DNA of 64,000 nucleotides from Alphaproteobacteria bacterium (GTDB lineage Bacteria; Pseudomonadota; Alphaproteobacteria; CAAHEQ01; UBA3637): NCBI GenBank assembly GCA_017559525.1, contig JAFYRI010000004.1, positions 11,233 to 75,232 of the forward strand, read 5' to 3'. Shown piece by piece: positions 57,125 to 64,000 of this stretch (position 1 is its first letter; each line of letters starts with the position of its first letter). The notes under the pieces were generated by a model. It saw only the letters and a program-made list of their open reading frames with translations, ran no database searches and was not told where the DNA came from. The position numbers and the translations under genes were made by a program.

Positions 57125-58392
57125 TACTCTACCCTATATGCATCAAACAAAGCCACATCCATCGGATTAACAAGAACCGTCATTTTAATAAATGTTTTTC
57201 GATCAATGCGTTCCAAAACCTGCCCTTTGCGATAAGCTAAAGAAACGCCTTTCCCATCAACAATAGGTATCTTAATGTTAATTTTCTTATATCCCGAAGT
57301 TAACCGATTTTGAATAACAGACAATAGCTCATCTAATCCTTCCCCATTTTGCGCACAAATTGGCCATTCGTTTGGATGACGAGCAGATTTTTCAAGTACA
57401 CATTCTTTTTCATCTTCCGGCAACATATCAATTTTATTAAGCGCTTCTAATAAACCATTATCAATCGTTTCGGACAATCCCAAATCACGCAAAACGGCCT
57501 CAACATCTTCTTTTTGTGCTGCAGTATCCGGATGAGAATAATCACGCACGTGTACAATAATATCAGCCTCTAAAACCTCCTCTAACGTCGCACGGAAAGC
57601 CATGACCAATTCTGTTGGCAAATCAGAAATAAATCCCACAGTATCGGATAAAATAATATTTTGCCCTCCTGGTAAACGTACCTGACGCATGGTCGGATCT
57701 AATGTCGCAAATAACAAATCTTTTGCAAAGACATCGGCCTTTGTCAAACGATTAAACAATGTGGATTTACCAGCATTAGTATATCCAACTAACGCCACAA
57801 TCGGATATGGGACACGTTTTCTGGCCTTACGATGTAATTCTCGTGTTTTTTTAACTTCGGCCAACTCTTTTTTAATTTTGACAATATCTTCATCAATCAA
57901 ACGACGATCAAGTTCAATTTGTGTTTCACCAGGTCCCCCTAAAAAACCGGCACCACCACGTTGACGTTCTAGGTGTGTCCAAGAACGCACCAATCTGGAA
58001 CGAGCATAAGTCAAATGAGCCAGCTCAACCTGTAAAACACCTTCCTTTGTTCTGGCACGCTGACCAAAAATTTCCAAAATTAAAGCCGTTTTATCAATAA
58101 CTTTTGTATTCCATGCTTTTTCTAAATTGCGTTGTTGCAGAGGTGACAATGTACAAGCCATAATCACAACATCTACCTTTTTCTCCTCAACAATATCAGC
58201 TAAGCGTTCAATAGTCCCCTGTCCCAAGTATGTACCAGCCTTAATTTCACGAACAGCAATACTTTCACTATGAACGACATTTAATTCAATCGCTTTTGTC
58301 AGAGAAACAGCCTCATTCAAACGAGCTTCAGGATCACGCAAATCCGGCGTATTTTTAGAATATGGTAATAAAACAACGGCAACTTGTGTCAA
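57124..58392 (-). CDS. hflX: GTPase HflX
   Basis: G1 GYTNAGKSTL, G3 DTVGF, G4 NKID; N-terminal HflX domain. Confidence 0.9.
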   Translation of the reverse strand: MTQVAVVLLPYSKNTPDLRDPEARLNEAVSLTKAIELNVVHSESIAVREIKAGTYLGQGTIERLADIVEEKKVDVVIMACTLSPLQQRNLEKAWNTKVIDKTALILEIFGQRARTKEGVLQVELAHLTYARSRLVRSWTHLERQRGGAGFLGGPGETQIELDRRLIDEDIVKIKKELAEVKKTRELHRKARKRVPYPIVALVGYTNAGKSTLFNRLTKADVFAKDLLFATLDPTMRQVRLPGGQNIILSDTVGFISDLPTELVMAFRATLEEVLEADIIVHVRDYSHPDTAAQKEDVEAVLRDLGLSETIDNGLLEALNKIDMLPEDEKECVLEKSARHPNEWPICAQNGEGLDELLSVIQNRLTSGYKKINIKIPIVDGKGVSLAYRKGQVLERIDRKTFIKMTVLVNPMDVALFDAYRVE

Positions 58393-58401
58393 TGTATATC
58401 C

Positions 58402-58602
58402 TTAAATTTCAATAGATTCAACCGGCATAATGGTTGAAATAGCATGTTTATAAATTAATTGTGTGTGGGATTCTCGGCGCAATAAAATACCTGTTTCATC
58501 ATGTGCCGTTATGACACCTTGTAATTTTACACCACACATTAAAAAAACTGTGACAGTTCCTTTTCCTTCACAAACTTTATCTAAAAAATCATTTGTTTTC
58601 AT
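58402..58602 (-). CDS. hfq: RNA chaperone Hfq
   Basis: Sm motifs (VTVFLMCGVKLQGVITAHDETGILL; IYKHAISTIMP); start at MKT (58602) with AAGGA RBS; hfq-hflX linkage. Confidence 0.85.
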   Translation of the reverse strand: MKTNDFLDKVCEGKGTVTVFLMCGVKLQGVITAHDETGILLRRESHTQLIYKHAISTIMPVESIEI

Positions 58603-58666
58603 TATTTTTATTCCTTTTGTATTGTGTAGTTGGCTGTATAACATAAATTCAAAAAAAAATCAAGTT

Positions 58667-59425
58667 TTACTTCCATCCCAAACGTACACGTGCAAATTCC
58701 GTCTCACCCACTTCATTTAAAAGCTGATGAATACTTTGATTATCTGCCAAAGATGATTTTAAAAGAATGGTGTCGCCCAGTACAGCCGGCTTTTTAAAAC
58801 TAATTTGTACCTCGGCCAAAGTATGTGTATCTAAGAAACTTTCATCAATACCATCCAAACATAATGTGGGGTAAACAGCATTATTGACATGATTATTAAT
58901 ATCAATATCATCGTGACGCACAAGAATAATTTTTCCTAAGTTCACGTCATCTGCAATTTCAATTTGAGGAAATGAGGTATCAACCGCACGTTCATCAACA
59001 ATTTCATATCCTTCAATATACTTTGCAATCGCAACTGGGCGCATGCGATTTAAATCCACCAATACCCATTGACTAGAGGCACTAACTAATACCTCACCAT
59101 TATCACTTATCATTTGAAAATCACGAATGCCCATGACGGGAGTTGCCTTTGATGGCCATGTATACAAAGTCACCCTGTCTTCCCACTTTGGCAAACGATT
59201 AATTTGAACATGATATCCAGCACCTATCCAACCGATCTGTTTTTGAATACAAAAATGGTAGCCCAGCCCCATTTTATCCGCATGCTCATCGGCCATATCT
59301 TGAAACAGATTAAACAATGTTCTTAAACGTAACACACCATTTTTATCACATTCATAACTTTTTATATCATATACTTTTGAATACTTTTCCATATTATTCG
59401 GGTCTTTCTTTATTAATAACTTCAC
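58667..59425 (-). CDS. Acyl-ACP thioesterase family protein
   Basis: Tandem hot-dog fold with acyl-ACP thioesterase-like N-terminal half (YECDKNGVLRLRTLFNLFQDMADEH). Confidence 0.6.
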   Translation of the reverse strand: MKLLIKKDPNNMEKYSKVYDIKSYECDKNGVLRLRTLFNLFQDMADEHADKMGLGYHFCIQKQIGWIGAGYHVQINRLPKWEDRVTLYTWPSKATPVMGIRDFQMISDNGEVLVSASSQWVLVDLNRMRPVAIAKYIEGYEIVDERAVDTSFPQIEIADDVNLGKIILVRHDDIDINNHVNNAVYPTLCLDGIDESFLDTHTLAEVQISFKKPAVLGDTILLKSSLADNQSIHQLLNEVGETEFARVRLGWK

Positions 59426-61613
59426 AAATTTGTATCATTCTTGAATCTGTAGATAAATCTTCCAACAATACAGGCAATTTAAAACGCCAATTCGGATATT
59501 GCATATAGGTTCCTGGCAAGTTAACTTGAGCATCTTGTTCCACAATATCCTCAATACGCACCAATAACAACATACTGCTGGAACGAGCTAAATACGCATA
59601 AGAATTCGGAATAAACCATTTAGGCAAAATACGTCCGGCCATAATATCATCAGTTTGTCCCATATCATCCATCGGTAAAGCTTGAGATAAAAATGCCTTA
59701 ACGAATTGTGTGCGTTCAACAGCCCTGTTTTCTTTATGCATTTTGTACTGTTCGACCGATATAGTTTTCATCTTTTTGGCCAACTCTAAATCCAATCCTT
59801 TCCATAAGGCTGAATAGGTTGGTAAATCATGCGTACCGGATGAAATCAAACAGTTGTGGTTATAATCTTGTGGCGCAATAAATCCATCCCAATTTTTTTG
59901 CCAATGAAAAATACCAAAAGATAAAACATTAGCCCCACGCATTAATTCATGGAAACCAGCCGGTGCCGTTCCCAAATCTTCAGCAATCACCAAACATTTA
60001 TGACGAACGGATTCCAAAGCCACAATTCCCATAAAATCTTTAAATGGATAGGCTAAATACGCTCCACTGCCCCCTTTTACACGATAAAACAAACGGCTAA
60101 GCCCAAAGGCGTGATCAATTCGTACAGCACCGGCATTATTCATCGCAGCACTGATAATACGAATGTACAAATCATATCCATTTTTCTTAAGTTCAAAAGG
60201 ATTAAATCCAGATAAAGACCAATCTTGCCCCTTTTTATTAAAAGAATCTGGTGGTGCACCAACAGATACATCCTTTAAAAACTGCGTTTGATTTGCCCAC
60301 ACCTCAGAACTATTCGCCCCAACACCTACAGGTAAATCGGTATACAATCCAACGGACATACCGCATTCTTTGCAAGCATTACCAGCGGCATGGTATTGTT
60401 CAAATGCAATAAATTGTTGATACTTAATTGCATAAATTAAGTCGGCGTATTCTTCCTTAAATTCTAAAGATTTACTAGAATCCGGGGTTTCAAATCCTTT
60501 ACCCCAATTCCACCAACAATCAGCTCCCTTTCCTTGCACCGTACGCACTTCACGAACAGCTTGAAAGATAGCATAGTTCGTTAACTTCTTACCAAAATTA
60601 TGGCAAAAATCTTTAAAGGCCGCCCCTCTAGCCGTCAGCGCATGACCATTTTCATCAAGATGTAAAGCCTTAAATGTTTCATATAAAATCTTCAAAGCAC
60701 CAAATTTCATATCGGCTACTTGTTTGTATAAAACAGTATCAGAGTTTTTGGATTGTTTAAATAACTCAGTAAATTCAACAGAGTTCTTATATTCCGTATA
60801 GGCTGGATTATCTTGTGCTTCTGGAATAGCATCTGTATCAATATACAATGGATTTAAAAAGACACGAGATGTTGCACAATATGGACTGGCATCTTCTGGA
60901 TTGTCTGCAAATAATGCATTCACAGGATTAATACCAACCAAAGAGGCACCAAAGTTTTTTGCAATCGGTGCAAAATTTTTCAAATCCGAAAAATCTCCCA
61001 TTCCCCAATTGCGTTCAGACGGCATTGCATACAACTGTATTGGAAATCCCCATACACGATGGCCACTTTGTAATTTTTCCGGCATATAACATGTTTGAGG
61101 CACCACAATTAATTTTGTTTGATAATTGGTATCCGGTTTTTGCCCATCCAATAAAAATGACAAATTATGATATCCAATGGGAGCCTCTAATACAAATTGA
61201 CAACGCCGTTTTTGATATGTCTTTTTACCAATTAACATCGCATCCAATAAATCCGTTTCCGATACATTTAATTGACCGGAAGCTCCTGTTCCATCTTCTC
61301 GTGTTAAGACCCAAGATAAAACAGCATTTTGCATACTTTCTTCAACAATAAATTCCAAATTAAAAGGTTTTAATTCCCATTCTTGTATCACACGTGTAAA
61401 CGGTGCAAAATTTGAAAAACTTTCCTGTTTGTATTTATTCAGAGATGCTTGTACCTGCTCATTTGTATCAGCTGGATACCCAAGAGCCTTGCACAATGCT
61501 TTTTTGGATTTAACATCGGCAACATATGTTATATTGGTACCATAATCGGTAAATTCCAACCAAATTCCAAGTTTATAAGACAAATCATTCAACGCATCGG
61601 TATTATAACTCAT
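59394..61613 (-). CDS. malQ: 4-alpha-glucanotransferase (amylomaltase)
   Basis: GH77 catalytic region; 739 aa; 4-nt overlap with glgX. Confidence 0.85.
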   Translation of the reverse strand: MSYNTDALNDLSYKLGIWLEFTDYGTNITYVADVKSKKALCKALGYPADTNEQVQASLNKYKQESFSNFAPFTRVIQEWELKPFNLEFIVEESMQNAVLSWVLTREDGTGASGQLNVSETDLLDAMLIGKKTYQKRRCQFVLEAPIGYHNLSFLLDGQKPDTNYQTKLIVVPQTCYMPEKLQSGHRVWGFPIQLYAMPSERNWGMGDFSDLKNFAPIAKNFGASLVGINPVNALFADNPEDASPYCATSRVFLNPLYIDTDAIPEAQDNPAYTEYKNSVEFTELFKQSKNSDTVLYKQVADMKFGALKILYETFKALHLDENGHALTARGAAFKDFCHNFGKKLTNYAIFQAVREVRTVQGKGADCWWNWGKGFETPDSSKSLEFKEEYADLIYAIKYQQFIAFEQYHAAGNACKECGMSVGLYTDLPVGVGANSSEVWANQTQFLKDVSVGAPPDSFNKKGQDWSLSGFNPFELKKNGYDLYIRIISAAMNNAGAVRIDHAFGLSRLFYRVKGGSGAYLAYPFKDFMGIVALESVRHKCLVIAEDLGTAPAGFHELMRGANVLSFGIFHWQKNWDGFIAPQDYNHNCLISSGTHDLPTYSALWKGLDLELAKKMKTISVEQYKMHKENRAVERTQFVKAFLSQALPMDDMGQTDDIMAGRILPKWFIPNSYAYLARSSSMLLLVRIEDIVEQDAQVNLPGTYMQYPNWRFKLPVLLEDLSTDSRMIQICEVINKERPE

Positions 61614-63667
61614 TTTACCTCCTGCTCAAAAAACAATACACTCCAAGCCGGTGCCATTATCTCTATAAAGGCATCACCTTGCTTAAATGTATCAGATGTA
61701 TCCAAAACCAAACGCCACTGATGTGTTTTTGCATCTGGTAAAGTCCATTTTATTACTTCATTAAATGCATTAAATACTATAAATATATCTTTATTTTTAT
61801 TCAATATTTTGCAAGACAATGCACGAATATAAAATTGCCAATTTTCTTTTTGCATTTCCTTTCCATCCGGACGAATCCACAGGAAATTTTCGGGTTTAAA
61901 AAAGTCATCTTGCTCTAATACAGGATACATTTTTCGTATTTGCAAAAGACGTTTAACTAACTCTGTCATCCGTTTTCCAGCATCGGAAATATGCGTCCAA
62001 TCAATCCATGATAAAATGTTATCTTGTGCGTATACGTTGTTATTTCCACCTCGTGTTTGCAACATTTCATCTCCACCTCTAAGCATAGGCGTACCAAATG
62101 ATAGCAATAATGAGGCCATCATTGCCCGAGCACGACGTTCACGATTTTTTAAAATCAATTTATCTGTCGTATTACCCTCAGCACCACTATTCCAAGAATA
62201 ATTATTATCCGTTCCATCACGATTATCTTCACCGTTTGCTTCGTTATGTTTTTGATTATATGATACCAAATCCCACAACGTGAAACCATCATGAGCCGTA
62301 ATAAAATTCACGCTCTCCCAAGGACGGCGTCCTTTTTTTTGATACACATCAGAAGAAGCCGTCATCCGATAAGCAAAATCGGCAGCCATATTTTCATCGC
62401 CTTTCCAAAAACGACGCACTGTATCACGGAACTTATCATTCCATTCGGCCCATCCCGGTCTAAATGAACCAACTTGATAACCACCCCAACCTAAATCCCA
62501 CGGTTCAGCAATTAACTTTAATCGTTGCAAAGTTGGATCTTGTTGTACTGTAGCTAAAAAATCGCTGTTAATAGTATATTGATTATTATCATCTCGTGCT
62601 AAAGTCGTTGCCAAATCAAATCTAAAACCATCAATGTTGACTTTTTCGGCCCAATAACGCAAACTATCCATTACTAACTGTAATGCTCTGGGATGTCCTA
62701 AATTAAATGAATTACCACAACCGGTCGTATCATCATAAAAACGTGGATTATCTTTATTCAAACGATAATAAACCGCATTATCAATCCCACGATAACACAA
62801 TGTTTGCCCCATATGGTTACCCTCGCCCGTATGGTTATAAACGACATCTAAAATCACTTCAACACCGGCTTCATGGAACACCTCAACCATGTGTTTTAAT
62901 TCATCAATTTTACCACTAGATAAATACGGCGCATGTGGTGCCATAAAGCCTATTGGATCATATCCCCAATAATTAGTTAATCCCTTATCTAATAAAAAGC
63001 CCGCAGTCATAAATGACGCTATCGGCATCAACTCTACAGATGTAATTCCTAAACTTTTGATATAATCAACAGCCTGTCTGGAAGACATACCAGCACACGT
63101 TCCACGAATTTTTGAATCAATTTGCGAATTACCAGCTGTAAATCCTTTCAAATGGGCTTCATAAATAATAACATTATCCCAATTAACCTTAGGCTTTGGA
63201 TATTGCCATTTAAAAGCATCATCATCTACAACAATACATTTTGGAACAAATGGCGCTGAATTATGACGATTAAACGACAAATCTTCTTTTTTTGACTCGG
63301 GTATATATCCCAACATCGCATTATTGGCAATAATGGGACCTGTTAATTGTCTAGCGTACGGATCAATTAACAACTTATTCGGATTAAAACGATGCCCTTT
63401 TTCCGGTTCATATGGACCATGCACTCGATATCCATACAATTGCCCTGGTTTTAATCCCTTAATATAACCATGAAAGACTTCATCTGTGTATTTCGGTAAA
63501 TCAATACGCTTTTCCCCTGTTCCATTTTTGTTAAACAAACACAATTGAACTCGTGTCGCATTAGACGAATAAATGGCAAAGTTGACACCATTTCCATCAA
63601 ACACTGCACCCAAAGGATAAGGCAATCCACTTAATACTTCATAGTCCATATGGCATTCTCCTTGCAA
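61610..63667 (-). CDS. glgX: Glycogen debranching enzyme GlgX (GH13)
   Basis: GH13 regions (DVVYNHT, GFRFDLA, EPWD, FITAHDGFTL); N-terminal CBM48. Confidence 0.85.
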   Translation of the reverse strand: MQGECHMDYEVLSGLPYPLGAVFDGNGVNFAIYSSNATRVQLCLFNKNGTGEKRIDLPKYTDEVFHGYIKGLKPGQLYGYRVHGPYEPEKGHRFNPNKLLIDPYARQLTGPIIANNAMLGYIPESKKEDLSFNRHNSAPFVPKCIVVDDDAFKWQYPKPKVNWDNVIIYEAHLKGFTAGNSQIDSKIRGTCAGMSSRQAVDYIKSLGITSVELMPIASFMTAGFLLDKGLTNYWGYDPIGFMAPHAPYLSSGKIDELKHMVEVFHEAGVEVILDVVYNHTGEGNHMGQTLCYRGIDNAVYYRLNKDNPRFYDDTTGCGNSFNLGHPRALQLVMDSLRYWAEKVNIDGFRFDLATTLARDDNNQYTINSDFLATVQQDPTLQRLKLIAEPWDLGWGGYQVGSFRPGWAEWNDKFRDTVRRFWKGDENMAADFAYRMTASSDVYQKKGRRPWESVNFITAHDGFTLWDLVSYNQKHNEANGEDNRDGTDNNYSWNSGAEGNTTDKLILKNRERRARAMMASLLLSFGTPMLRGGDEMLQTRGGNNNVYAQDNILSWIDWTHISDAGKRMTELVKRLLQIRKMYPVLEQDDFFKPENFLWIRPDGKEMQKENWQFYIRALSCKILNKNKDIFIVFNAFNEVIKWTLPDAKTHQWRLVLDTSDTFKQGDAFIEIMAPAWSVLFFEQEVK

Positions 63668-63682
63668 ATCGGGGATAAACTA

Positions 63683-64000
63683 TTATTCTCCAACCTTTTT
63701 AAAAACAACAACGGCTAGTGGCGGTAAATCAACCGTTATAGCATATGGTTTAAAATGCCATCCATCAGAAGCATGAATATCGTCATAACGTCCTACACCA
63801 GAACCGGCATATTTTAAATCATCTGAATTAAAAATTTGTTTATAAACGCCTTTTTCATTAACACCCAAACGATATCCATGACGAGGTACGGGCGTAAAGT
63901 TACAAGCCACAACCAATGTTTCATCATCACTTTTACGCATAAAGGATATACAGGAATTTTCAGCATCGCCACCGTCAATCCATTCAAATCCCCGCGGATC
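63683..64000 (-). CDS. glgB: 1,4-alpha-glucan branching enzyme GlgB, C-terminal portion (gene runs off the window end)
   Basis: C-terminus NFTPVPRHGYRLG...LPPLAVVVF matches the GlgB C-terminal domain; the frame stays open through position 64000. Confidence 0.8.
   Translation of the reverse strand, partial: DPRGFEWIDGGDAENSCISFMRKSDDETLVVACNFTPVPRHGYRLGVNEKGVYKQIFNSDDLKYAGSGVGRYDDIHASDGWHFKPYAITVDLPPLAVVVFKKVGE

Noticed and set aside
1-64000. CRISPR arrays, IS elements, integrases and prophage genes
   Set aside because: No regularly spaced direct repeats, transposase-like ORFs or phage structural genes were seen; mobility is inferred only from tRNA adjacency and the dispersed 75-bp coding repeat.

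Overview
This is a gene-dense chromosomal window from a low-GC (about 35-37% by eye) alphaproteobacterium with Rhizobiales-like gene order; no genus is asserted. The backbone is housekeeping: lspA; the tsaE-amgK-murU-addB-addA recombination cluster; secB / Tim44-like / mltA / smr / tsaD; trxA; cell-wall genes (mltB-like, rlpA, dacC, nagZ, SPOR); tmk-holB-tatD-MBL-adk; serS; prfA-prmC; a rodZ-like gene; a prepilin peptidase; yqeY-dnaG-rpoD; pfk; lptB-lptA-kdsD; rnd; psd-pssA; trmJ; metK; hflX-hfq; and malQ-glgX-glgB (glgB partial at the window end). There are four tRNAs: Ser-TGA (minus), Leu-TAA and Gln-CTG (plus, tandem), and Leu-CAG (minus). Several consensus sigma70 promoters and rho-independent terminators are visible.

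Three accessory features stand out against this backbone. (1) An intact VirD4/TraG-type type IV coupling protein, translationally coupled to a pentapeptide-repeat protein, lies between addA and lspA with no VirB genes in the window. (2) Four small proteins in two tRNA-adjacent loci end in the same roughly 25-aa tail, [P]-x-[IV]-QKITDQ[KQ]K-x-P-x-[QP]DTSRGAR[TS]E. Three are tail-anchored by a transmembrane helix just before the tail and one is an ankyrin-repeat protein. The tail is encoded by a dispersed ~75-bp DNA repeat and may be a modular targeting or translocation signal. (3) A small island downstream of tRNA-Leu/Gln carries a tandem paralog pair, the ankyrin protein, one tail protein and short hypotheticals. 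Smaller observations include a kinase-like hypothetical next to tRNA-Leu(CAG), an 830-bp non-coding gap with tandem terminators, and several micro-ORFs.
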